A stretch of 64,000 nucleotides of DNA from Rhynchobatus australiae. Taxonomy: Eukaryota. The notes under the pieces are model-generated. The model was not told the DNA's origin, ran no database searches, and saw only the letters and a list, made by a program, of their open reading frames with translations. Position 1 is the stretch's first letter. Each line of letters starts with the position of its first letter. The translations under genes and the position numbers were made by a program. The stretch covers positions 14,055,718 to 14,119,717 of the forward strand of contig JAUZTB010000048.1 in NCBI GenBank assembly GCA_034780895.1, read 5' to 3'. Below are positions 1 to 11,199 of this stretch, piece after piece.

Positions 1-87
1 CCACCCCCCCCCACCCCGCCCCCTCAACCCTTTCCCCGCAGCACCTCTCACACACCTGAAGAAAAGTCAACTTGAAACTCTCACAGC
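1..87 (+). promoter_or_regulatory. Probable 5' UTR / proximal promoter part of TSHZ2 exon 1, C-rich with a GC box
   Basis: Lies directly upstream of the ATG; CCCCGCCCCC (SP/KLF-type) at 14-23; C-tracts over 1-37. The transcription start cannot be determined. Confidence 0.6.
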
Positions 88-127
88 ATGCCGCGGAGGA
101 AGCAGCAAGCACCCAAGCGGGCAGCAG
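88..127 (+). CDS. TSHZ2: First coding exon of Teashirt zinc-finger homeobox 2 (MPRRKQQAPKRAA plus first base of Gly14); phase-1 intron follows
   Basis: ATG at 88 with A at -3 and an in-frame upstream TGA at 73-75. It translates to MPRRKQQAPKRAA, then CAG|GTAAAC donor at 128. Teashirt proteins begin MPRRKQQAP; KRAA-G fits TSHZ2, whereas TSHZ1 has RRSAA and TSHZ3 has RRAAA. A 40-nt first coding exon followed by a huge intron is the known TSHZ gene structure. Confidence 0.9.
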
Positions 128-255
128 GTAAACAAGCAACTTCTATATCCTACCTCTGCCTAGACATTCACTAATTATTATTCATCAGTCTTATATAAAT
201 GAAAATGTCCTGGCAAAATGTGTTTTGTTGCACAGCTCCTGGACTGGGATTGCTC

Positions 256-280
256 TGTGTGTGTGTGTGTGTGTGTGTGT
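256..280. repeat. (TG)12 microsatellite
   Basis: Read directly from the sequence. Confidence 0.97.
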
Positions 281-379
281 CTTCTGAGACTTTTTTGTTT
301 GAAGTTTCTGTTGTATGTTTGTACATTGTTTAGATGGGCTGAGGAGTGATCTGACGGTAGTTTAGGCAGAGAGGGCTCT

Positions 380-740
380 CTTTCGCTGGTCCAGCGCGGT
401 GTAACCCATTTTATTTTGTTTACCCCTTGTCAGTCAAGCAGAATTTCGTCTCCGTGCAAAAAGATGGATGTGTTGCAATATTTGACTGTAATCTGATACA
501 GTGTTTTGTAGTGCAGGGGATTTGAACTGCACGCGGCTAAAATCGGCAAACTAAACTCGGTTTGAGGATTTGCGAGGCCGGCGAACCAACGGGGAGAATA
601 AAAACCGGCTGGAAATTGTTGTTTAAGAGCATGCATGCACTTTGCAATCTGTGGAAGGGGAAGGCTGCAAGCGACGCGAGCCGCTCTAACTTTATGCCTG
701 CGCCCATTGTAGCTCAGCTCTCCGAGCGCTCCGAAGACCC
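380..740. promoter_or_regulatory. CpG-retaining segment near exon 1 (CpG-island-like)
   Basis: Many CpGs (gcgaggccggcgaaccaacgg, gcgacgcgagccgc, ccgagcgctccg) compared with the CpG-depleted bulk of the window. Confidence 0.55.
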
Positions 741-859
741 CCAGTTTAAGCAAAGAGGAATCTAATCTGTGAAATAAATTGCCTGCTTAAACCCTTTTTT
801 TCCCCCTCCTGAGAGTTGTGATATTTGGTCTGGGGCACTGAAATAAAAGTCCATTTTTC

Positions 860-1050
860 ATCCGCCGGATCCACCCACTTAACTGGTCTTAGAGTCGATT
901 GCCATCTTTGATTTGACGGGTGATTGATCACCTGTCATCTGGCAGGCTTTGATCTATTCATTCTCGATAAATATCAATAAATCACTCACTATGGCAACGC
1001 ATGTGCTAGTGACGTAACGCCTGCCCCTGTCATTTCCTTGCCCAGACATG
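860..1050. promoter_or_regulatory. Candidate intronic enhancer: PBX-HOX / MEIS / TCF / RFX / CRE motif cluster
   Basis: TGATTGAT 921-928, CTGTCA 932-937 and 1027-1032, ATAAATCA (=TGATTTAT) 977-984, CTTTGAT 906-912 and 947-953, CTATGGCAAC 989-998, TGACGTAA 1010-1017. Confidence 0.55.
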
Positions 1051-4029
1051 CACAATAATTTTGTTTAGTTTTTTTTTAATGTGAGTGTTTTTCTTCATTT
1101 CCTTTCCTTTAAGGAGAGTAGGATGAATACATTATGAAGAAATCTTAGCTATTAGTTTACACGCTTTCAACTTGCATGGCTGTAATCTGGTAAATGTGTC
1201 ACAGCTATAGAAATAACCCTCCAGAAGACTTTCTTCATTGTTGAGGTAATTGTCTCTCCCTTGACAGGCACATTCATCAGTGGCTTAATGGTCAATCAAA
1301 AGTTGGCAGGCTGAGTGTTTTCATTCTTTCCTATACACTACATTAGGCATACTTAATCAAAATGTCTCTGTGTAATGGCTGTGAAGAGTTCATGACTGAG
1401 TGATCTGTTGTCTGCACAGATAGAAAATTAACAGCTCAGTGCTGGAAGATGTGAGCTTGCAGATAAACAAATCGTGCATTAATATTTCATCTTTGAGACC
1501 TCGATGTGCTATCAGCAGCATATTCTTGGCTGTTCTTCTTCCTGATGGTTTCACAGCTGTAACTCATTTCACTGATGACTTTACTGGGGTTACCAAGAGT
1601 GACGACAAATTGATTACCTGGCAATGCAGGAAGGGGAGAAGAGATGTGGGTTGACAGATGTGATATAATAAGTTCAACAATGTATGAAAGGAAACAGGGG
1701 GGTGGGGGTATGAATGAAAGGTATTAAGTAGCATTCATAAAGAAAACTTTGACCAAAGTTGCAATGTTTTAAAATAAACTTATTTAAATAAATGTCAGCT
1801 TTCAATGTTCCTGTCATTACTTAAACTTGACATGACTGTCAACCAGGGAATTCAAAAATGACTGATAACAATATGTTTTATAATTTGAAAGTATGATGAG
1901 GTTAAAAGTGCAGGAATACCACTTGGTGGGATCCACCAGTTTATATGGTGTCAAGTATGCTGTCTTAGATTGTCTGTTAGTTAACTGTGATCATAATGTA
2001 ACAATGAAAAAGTCAAATGAAACTAAAATCCTTCACAAAATAAATCAACTTGTAAGTTCAAGAAGAACAAAAACATTATTAAATATTTGCTATCAGAAGG
2101 TAGTCTCCAAATTTGATTTGGTTTCAGTTTAGTTTTACAAATATGTCTTGCTTGATTTATTTTAAATGGGGCTCTCTATTACCCATATATTTAATGCCCT
2201 AATTGTTCAGGTATTTACATTATATTTACATTATTTATTTTGATGTAGTATTTGTGTGGATAGGAATGTTAGAAAACATTTAGTGATGCATAAACTATAG
2301 AATGTGGAAGAAAATATCGATGGAATGAAAACTTGCTTTTCTAAGCTACAAATAAATGAAAGTGTTATCAGGAACAATCAAACTAAAAGTTTGTTATAAA
2401 TGTTATGAGCTGGACTTTTAAATGGTTTTGCATTTCATTCGAGAAAATGTAACTAAAGTGAACAAGGCTCAGTTTGACTGTCCTTAAAAAGATCATTACT
2501 TCAGTTGCACCTTGTCATTTCTTTTAGCATTTCTATGATGATTGCTCCTTCAAACTTTGGTGCTATTTTAAAATATAAAAGCACAGTGTAACTCAGTCTT
2601 TGTTTTACATCCGATCTGTGTAGATATCACAACATTCCAAAACCTCTGAATTCATACTTTCCAAATTTCTCAATATTACACAGCACAGATTGACCCTGCA
2701 ACACAGGGCCAATCTTTCCACTCATTTCCTATCCTAGTCTAAAGGCCAGACTTGGCAACCTGTTTTTGCATCATCCTGATTTACCTTATTCAATACCAAC
2801 ATTTAACAGGCCCGGACTTGATGTTTCTCACTTCAAAGTAAATCACTTATATCAGAGAGATATTGATATGAACTAACCCTCAGAATAACCTGTGAACAGG
2901 AGTACCTTTGGCTTAGAATTCACTCTCTTTGGATCATCTTTATTCAAAGTATTAGTTTTAAAATTAGTTTAGAAACTGTACAGCTCGGAGCTTACTGGAA
3001 AGGTTAATCACCCTGCTTTAAGTATTATTTTTTGTAACGATCTATATTCTGGATGATTGTATCAATCTAAGTAAATCAACAAATACGCTATATTGTGACT
3101 GAAAATATATGTGTTACTGCTAGCTAATGTATATCACTGTGTGAAAGTCTTCCCCAATATTAACTAGTTCTGACTGGTTTCTAACTGGCTCTGCAATGAT
3201 TAATTTCTGACTTTGATTAACTTCTACAGTCTCACAAGGTGAATCTTTTTTGAAGTTCAGAGTCTTGCAGCAGCAGTTCTGTAATGTCTCCATGTATAGA
3301 ATCTCTTGCATTCTAGTCCATAACACTGACATTTGGAGTGAGGTTCTGCAAACTGTACTGCATTTGTAGCATTGTGATATGGAGTCATCTAAGAATCATT
3401 TTGTTGCTCCATGGGTAATAATGAACTCTGGATGTAAAAATAACATGTAAAAAGAAAACAGTGCAAATATTGGAAATATATTGCAATAAAACAGAAAAAG
3501 TTAGAAGTTCGTGCCCGGCACTGCATCATCTGAAAAGACAGATTAAGTTTTCTGGTGTTAGAACTTTTCACAATCCAAAATAGTGTGAGTTTTCTCATTT
3601 CAAAGCCTGATAAACTTGCATTGCATTAAAGTCATGTTCTACTTCTTTCCAGGAGAGGAAGTGTTCATTGTAAAATTATAAGGATGTGTGTTACATTTTC
3701 TAAGTCTTGATACTTTCCAGCCAACATTTTCATGGTGGACCATGCTGCAACAATTTGTGATGACAAGTGGCTTATTCACTAAACAGGAATTAACTGTAAT
3801 AATTACAGTTGTTCGTTAGCTCCACATGAAGTAATTATAGATTAATGAACACCTGTGTCCGGAAGGGTAGAACAGACTTAAATTCTTGCTTTGAACATTC
3901 CCACTAATTGTACCAGTGAAATATAACAAAGAGGAATGGTAAAATAGAAGAAAGGTTTGTTGATTTTAACATCTGTTTTCAATATGTTTTTTGTGAATCT
4001 CTTGAGTTTGCTTTAAAAATCGTGGCTAA

Positions 4030-4682
4030 TTCTATGCAGTTTACTGGATTTGTTAATAGTAGTTCAATGTTTGAATAAATCTGTAATCTGGCCTCCCAAT
4101 AACATTGATTAATTAAATTCATGATTTTTCAAAAATTAGTATCAGTAATTGTGACCATGAAACTGCCAGATTGTCCTCAAATCCCATTGGATCCTTTAAT
4201 GTCCTTTGAGAAGGAAATCTGCCTTTATGCTGCTGGCCAGTTTGTGATTCCAGATTCACAGCCTTGTGGTTGTCTTTTAACTGTTTTCCAAAATGGTTCA
4301 GAAATGCTACAAAAAAGTAGTAATACAGCTGGATATATTGACTCAACATGGCACTGGACATGACCCAGTCAGTTAGTCCTTCAAGGTGCTTCTTGCGTTG
4401 CATCTACAGACTTCCAAAGTCAGAAGAGGTGTCCCACAGACGAGTCAAGTGGTAGCATGACATAATATTGCTTATAGAACTATACGTAGTCAGCCAATAG
4501 CCCACACTCTTCCTTCATTATAGGTGTGTATGTCCATTCCTGTTGGCAAGACAGACCTATCAGATGTAGCAACAGATTGCTATATGACTGATGGGGTGTT
4601 GGTGTGGCAGTAGACTTGGGAACCTTTAACATTTTTAATTCTGGACCCTATGAAGTCTCAATACATCAGATCAAACCAAGCA
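4030..4682 (+). mobile_element. SINE-like head joined to the 5' endonuclease part of a CR1/L2-group LINE; truncated at a gap
   Basis: 4130-4310 resembles a shark SINE body (gtatcagtaattgtgaccatgaaact...taatgtcctttgagaaggaaatctgcc). 4430-4682 encodes decayed endonuclease peptides (SHRRVK, QDRP, LGTFNIFNSGPYEVSIHQIK) also present in the copy at 4960-5230. Confidence 0.6.
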
Positions 4683-6329
4683 NNNNNNNNNNNNNNNNNN
4701 NNNNNNNNNNNNNNNNNNNNNNNNNNNNNNNNNNNNNNNNNNNNNNNNNNNNNNNNNNNNNNNNNNNNNNNNNNNNNNNNNNCCACTGCATTCACAAGCT
4801 CAGAATTACCTGTGACGGTACTGTGGCATTTAAACAGAATGAATAAAACTGAATGGACCACCCACCATCAACTTAAGCACTGAATACAGACACAGCAAAG
4901 ATGTTCCCATCCTAATCAACCATGCAAAGTCCTCCTCACAAAGATATGGGTACTGGTATCTAAATTGGGAGAGCTATCCCGGAGATGGTCAAGCAACAGA
5001 GTGACACCATCATACTCACAGAATCATACTTTTTATAACAGGATGCCTGGCCACGTCCTGTCCCACCCACAAGATATCCAACATAGGTGGCAGCAGATTG
5101 GTTTTCAGGTGAGAGGGAATAGCCCTCAGAGTTCTCAGTGTTGATTCCAGCCCCTTTGAAATCTCAGGGTATCATGTCAGATCAGGGATAGAAACCTCCT
5201 TCTGATTACCAACTACCATCCTCCCTCATTCCTTGACTGAGGAAGAATAGAGATTAGTAAGGCCATAGAATATGCTTGGGTGTTGGGAGGTCATAGTTTA
5301 TCATTAAATATGGTTGGCAGCATTGCCTCTGATTGAGCCAGCTGAGTCTTGAAGGAAAAGCGGCTTGCTGGCATGAGGGAAATGCTTATGACCTTGTCTT
5401 TGTCAATCCACCTGTCAGAGATGGACCTGCCCCAGATGGTAATACTGGCAGAGTTCACTTGCACAGGCCCTTTTGGAGATGAACTTTCCTCTTCACACTG
5501 AGGACTCACTATATTGTTGTGGGCACTGTTACTCCATACAAAGGGATGAATTCGCAACAGTTCCTGGGTGCTCCAAACTATGAATAAGGGAATCTGTGGA
5601 CAGTCAGCAGCAGTAGAATGGTCCTCCTCCAAAATCTGTCACCACATGCTTGGCACAGTTCTTATTTTGCCCTTAAAATCAAGTCAGAGAACCAATCATG
5701 GTTCAAGAAGGACATAGAGATTCATGCTCAGAATAGCTCCAGGCAAATCCAAACCAAGGGATGGAATACAGGACTGCATCCAAACATCCAAGCAAAGAGC
5801 AACAGCAGCATTCTATAAGCAGAGCTAAGCCATCTCAGGGGGACAGTTCTGGTCAAAGTCCATAGTTCTTCCAAATCTAGTAATTAAACAGCTAAATGCT
5901 GGAAAAGGTTCCATGAACATTCTCCTTGTTGGTAGAGACCAGCCTGTAAAGTAGAAGACTAGGCTGAAGAACTTTAGTCAGAAGAGCCAAACAAATGAAC
6001 TACCTCAGCACCTCCTGATGTTCCCTCAGGAAGCCAAGCTGAGCCCATTTGATTGATTACATTTGAAATCAAGAAATGGCTGCATACATTGGATATGACA
6101 AAGATAATGAGCCCTGACAATATTACTTTCTGTGGTCCTGGTGCTCTAAAAATAGCTAACATCTAGATAACTTGTTTACAATTCAATAATATCTCTGCTA
6201 CCCACTTGATAAAATGTAAAATGTCCAAAATAAGCAAATATTGCTACCTAATCAATCTACTCTCATTGGTTATGAGTATAATATTACAGTAATGGAACCA
6301 TGTGATTGACAGTACTGTGAAGACAAAAG

Positions 6330-6490
6330 AGTGCAGATTCTGGAACCTGGAACAAAAAACAGAATGCTGGAAGAACTTATCAGGGCAAACAACATCTGTG
6401 GAGACCAAAGACGTAAGTCTCAACCTGAACATCTGGACCTGAAGTGTGGACTTACACCTTTTACCTCCACAGATGTTACTTCATCATTAA
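6330..6490. mobile_element. Fold-back (inverted-repeat) Penelope-derived element nested in the LINE
   Basis: AACATCTGTGGAG (6391-6403) pairs with CTCCACAGATGTT (6465-6477), and gtaagtc with gacttac. The left arm resembles the dispersed repeat at 21590 and 60072. Confidence 0.65.
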
Positions 6491-6535
6491 CAGTACCGTC
6501 AAGTTACAGTTATTCACAGTAACTTGCTCATTAAT

Positions 6536-6660
6536 CTACTGGAGGAACTCAATGGGTTGAGCAGCATCTATGGGCGGGAAAGGAATTGTCAACATTTTGG
6601 GTTGGTACCCTGCATCAGAAGGGGGAATATAGCCAGTTTAAAGAGAGGGGGAGGGACATC
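6536..6660 (-). mobile_element. Penelope-type terminal repeat fragment (family 2) with a decayed hammerhead-like motif
   Basis: ctggaggaactc...gcagcatctatggg...gtcaacattttgggttggtaccctgcatcag; minus strand reads CTGATGC-AGGGT-ACCA-ACCC-AAAA-TGTT-GAC. Confidence 0.65.
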
Positions 6661-8833
6661 TGCAGACTCTAGTTTGTCCACATGCTCATCACTGCTCAGT
6701 TTAGATTCTGCCAGGATTCTCTGTTCCAGAGTACATTATAGCAATCTAATGCACTGTCCAATGGTGGTTAATATAGCCAAATTCTAGATATTAGATGAGT
6801 GCAACTGCCATGAGATCAAGGCAGCATTTGACTGAGTATGGCAGCAAAGGCCTTTCATAAAACTAAAGTCAGTTGGAATCAAAATGGAGCAGCATCCATT
6901 GACGGGCATTGTACCTCGCATAAAGGAAGACAGCTGTGGTTGTTAGAGGTCAATGATTTCATTCTGGGACATTGCTGCACGAGTTACTCAGGGTAATGCC
7001 TCGTGGCCAGCCATACTCAGCTACTTCATAAGGCAGGAATGGAATGGTTGCTGGTGATTGTGCAATGTTTTAGATAATGTTGCATTCTGTGCTAGAGAGA
7101 GCACCTGCATGTAGAGAGCTCTGCACCGCTTTCAGATTTGCATTGTGACACGGCAAATGATAACAGCATCACACTAACCAGGCGCTGACCATCTCCAAGA
7201 GAAAGTCTATCCCTTTCTCTTGTCATTCAATTGATTTTTCCATCATCTAATCCCCTACTGTTGACATTCTGCAGGTCACCTAACCGGAAAGTTATCTATA
7301 CTAGCTCTTCACTCACATCACAATGAGAGCAGGACTTTGTAGACTTTTGACTCCAAGAACCCTACAAAGTACAGGTCAGAATTATGATGGAGTACAACAA
7401 AGTTAGTGAAGTTCAACAATATCAGAATCCAAACGACCTAACTCATCATTCCATCCATCACTATAAACAATTGTTTAGCTCCACACTGGTGTACCATGAT
7501 GATGCAGTACGTATCACCTACAGGTTACATTTCAATAACATGCAAAGGTCTCTATGACAGCTCCTCTGTAACCCAAATTCCTTTCAACCTAGGCAGGCAT
7601 GAGCAGCAGGAGTATGGGATTACCATCACCTGCAAGTTCTTTCCAAATCATACACCATCCTATTTATCCAGGATATATAGGATGCTGTATTGCTGCTGGG
7701 CTATACATTTCTGGACCATCCTATCAAACAGCAGTATGAGTTTCTGTACACTACAGGAACTGCAGATGTTCCAGAAAGTGCTTCCCTGCCACTTCTCAAG
7801 GAATGAGGAATGAGCAAAATCACTTGCATTATCAGCAATTTCCATTTCCCAAGAATAATAAAAAAAAACAAATCCAGTGAAGTTTTGTGCTGACAGAAGT
7901 CTTCTAACTTCTCCCCAGTGCTTCTGGTAATAATTCAAAATTTATGTTCTTGTGATCTGAACATTTCATGCCCAGAAAACAAACTACCAGAGTTATGGTT
8001 CCATGGACAAATTTACTTCTCCACATCATTTGGGTTTTATGCTGCTTAGCTATATGAAGTGAAACTTTGAAGCAACAGGATATATATGGGGTTAGCACTG
8101 TAATTAGTATTTCTTCCACACAATATCTGTGTAGAATCTATCTCCAAAGGCGGAGTATTAGAGTAATGTAGAACTGTTGCAATTGGGTGAGTGTTCAAAA
8201 TATAGTAGTTTTTAAATAGAATTTACTTGTTCCATGATAAATGAGCTTGGCTCCAAGCTAGAAAGTCATGAGTCCAAATCCCAAGATTATCCTCAGTGTA
8301 GTGCTATGTGATTGTTACTTCAGCTGGGTAGTGTTACAGTGGAGGAGATGANNNNNNNNNNNNNNNNNNNNNNNNNNNNNNNNNNNNNNNNNNNNNNNNN
8401 NNNNNNNNNNNNNNNNNNNNNNNNNNNNNNNNNNNNNNNNNNNNNNNNNNNNNNNNNNNNNNNNNNNNNNNNNNNNNNNNNNNNNNNNNNNNNNNNNNNN
8501 NNNNNNNNNNNNNNNNNNNNNNNNNNNNNNNNNNNNNNNNNNNNNNNNNNNNNNNNNNNNNNNNNNNNNNNNNNNNNNNNNNNNNNNNNNNNNNNNNNNN
8601 NNNNNNNNNNNNNNNNNNNNNNNNNNNNNNNNNNNNNNNNNNNNNNNNNNNNNNNNNNNNNNNNNNNNNNNNNNNNNNNNNNNNNNNNNNNNNNNNNNNN
8701 NNNNNNNNNNNNNNNNNNNNNNNNNNNNNNNNNNNNNNNNNNNNNNNNNTCACCTCAATAGCATAGAAAAAATTAATAGCATTTTATATATGCCTCAGCC
8801 TTCCTATAAATAACATTAATGGAGTTATGTCTT

Positions 8834-8976
8834 TTTTCATGATTTACTATCAGAAACAGATGCTGCTTACTGATTAAAAGTATATAGGTAATGACCACAC
8901 TGTGGTGCCTTGGTAGGACTTATATTTTAATCAAAAGCATCTGTTTCTCACTTTCAGTGCCATATTTATATGAAAA
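8834..8976. repeat. Long imperfect palindrome / hairpin centred at 8900
   Basis: AGAAACAGATGCT (8852-8864) with AGCATCTGTTTCT (8936-8948); TGATTAAAA (8871-8879) with TTTTAATCA (8925-8933); ACCACA-C-TGTGGT (8894-8906). Confidence 0.85.
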
Positions 8977-9744
8977 CTGTACATTAGAATAAGTCGCAGG
9001 ATCCCGTCGGGCAATCTTTCATTCTTTTGAATGCATTTCAGAAAACAGTCCGAACGTTTGTGTAACATCTCTTTGTCCATCTTCAATTATTCACCATTGA
9101 TTTGTGTTAGACACTCATGTTTGCTTTGTTGTAAATTTTCAGTTGTTGGGTGAAGACTTGTCTGCAGTTTCTGTTTCCTTCGTTTATGCTTGGCTCATTT
9201 TTTATTTCTCATTTGCATATTGTTTCTGCGTGACATCATTAGTTTTCATATCTACCCTGATAATGCCCAACTCCACCTCTTTGGTATATCTTTGGACCAT
9301 TCCACTGCCTCCACCTCGTCAGACTACTTGTAGTCTGACATTCACTAATGCAGCAGACACATTGGGAATATTGAAGCAATTTTCTTTAGTTCCCATCTCA
9401 GCTCTGCACAGTGGCTACCAACTGCAATCCTCTCCTGGCAGTGTGATGTCACGTGTAGCTCTAAGATGAATTGCCATCCACATATCTATGTCACTACTAA
9501 GTTCTTACTTTGCTTCCTTTGTAACATTGTTTGAACCACCCCACCTCTGCTCATATATTGCATAGGATTCTTGTCCACATCCAAGTGAGTTGCAGATGCA
9601 AAGTGAATTTAGAGTGGAGGGAATTGACATTGATTTGTGATAAACGTGTCCTCACAATGTACAGATGATTTGAATTAGTAATTTTGAAGTGCCAGCTTGT
9701 AAACTACAGACTTGTGAGTTACTTTGCAGAAACATACAGTCTTT

Positions 9745-10090
9745 GAAACTTACGACAAAGAAGGCCATTCAACCCAATACATTCATGCTGGGTATGAAGA
9801 TAGCTACTTGCTGTTCCCACAACTTAGCTCTCGGTCCATAGCTTTGAGAGTTATGACACTTCGTGTGCTCATCCAGCTTCTTTTTAAATGTGATATGTGT
9901 TTTGTTTCCACCAGCTTTCCAGATATTGAGTTCCAGACCAGATTCATGCTTTAGGTGAAAAATGTTTTTTCTCAACTCCCCTTTAATCACTACACTAATT
10001 ATTTTAAATTGATGCCTCATGTGTTTTCATCACTCTGTTAAAGAAATCAGGCCTTCCTGTTCACCTCTCTGGCCCTCTCATACATTAAAA
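9745..10090 (-). mobile_element. CR1 LINE 3' fragment (old)
   Basis: gaaggccattcaaccca tail. The minus strand translates to RHQFKIISVVIKGELRKNIFH, resembling the CR1 ORF2 C-terminus. Confidence 0.65.
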
Positions 10091-10457
10091 AATAAACCTA
10101 AACATGAATCTGGATTTGAAACATCAGTTTGAGGATTATATAGCCTATGTTAGTGTTGCAATAAATGTTGAATATAAAGTCTTCTTACCAATTTTGTATT
10201 TTGCTCAAAACAAGAAGTATTTATTGTGTAGCCCACAAAACATGGGTCAAAAATCTATTATTTCACATGTGAATGATCACAACCATGTCTGATCATCTTC
10301 TGACCTCATGCCCATCTATGTGCACTTCTAACACAAATCACTGGACAATAGGCAGGCCAGATGTGTTTACGCCAACGGTTGCATCTCCACCATTTTGCCC
10401 AATTATTATCAGTTAACTCAGCACTGAATAGTGATTGAACCAACAAAGAAAGCGAGG

Positions 10458-10551
10458 TTGATGTTTATGTACTGCCTTTCACAACCTCAGGATGTCCTCA
10501 ATGCTTAAAACCCAGTGAGGTAATTTGAAAGCCCCTGTTGTAATGTAGAAA
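10458..10551 (-). mobile_element. 3' tail fragment of a Deu-type SINE / L2
   Basis: gcctttcacaacctcaggatgtcc...ctgttgtaatgtagaaac is the reverse complement of the tail type seen at 18440-18505. Confidence 0.6.
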
Positions 10552-11199
10552 CTTATTCTATAATTAAATGTTTTGTGAAGTCATACGTCAGGTTGGATTG
10601 GTACTAGATTTGCCACAATTATGTACAGTAAAGGGACAGTTAGTAAANNNNNNNNNNNNNNNNNNNNNNNNNNNNNNNNNNNNNNNNNNNNNNNNNNNNN
10701 NNNNNNNNNNNNNNNNNNNNNNNNNNNNNNNNNNNNNNNNNNNNNNNGAAGTCATACGTCAGGTTGTATTGGTACTAGATTTGCCACAATTATGTACATT
10801 AAAGGGACATTTAGTAAAGTTGTCGAGGTTCCTTTGGGCAAGGGTGCATAACTTCAGGTTTGTACTAGATTAGATGGCAGGATGAGGGCAGGATGTTACG
10901 TCACTTGTCCTCGATGGAATACTCTCGGTGCAATGAGGAGTACATTATGTGTTTGTTACCGTTCTGATTTAAAGAGGCATTCTGATAACATCAGCTTCAG
11001 AACTGATTGCAGGCTGCTCAAACACCTTCCAAGTTTCACAGAGTGTAGCACAGTGGAAAGAGAGCATTTTACCCAGTATTGACTGTTGAGATGCTCATTC
11101 CATGGGTGCATTCCCAACACTCCATCATTGGAGGCTTCATTATGGTCATGGCCAGAGACCCCAGCGGAGGAGGTACAGCTATGCTCATCAATGAAGAGA

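Larger units (their letters stand above)
4790..7870 (+). mobile_element. Near full-length, heavily decayed CR1/L2-group LINE (endonuclease + RT) with A-rich tail
   Basis: KLGELS and IILTESY endonuclease remnants near 4960-5030; GPDN-like at ~6110; EIKAAFD*VWQ near 6810-6845; VTQGNA (GVPQGS-like) near 6985; A-rich end at 7852-7870. Confidence 0.75.

Noticed and set aside
6303-6312. TGATTGACAG decamer as an enhancer site
   Set aside because: It lies inside decayed LINE coding sequence with no supporting motif cluster.
10577-10818. 71-nt direct repeat (10577-10647 and 10748-10818)
   Set aside because: It flanks a 100-N gap exactly, with three G/T mismatches. This is typical of an unmerged contig overlap, not a real tandem repeat or target-site duplication.
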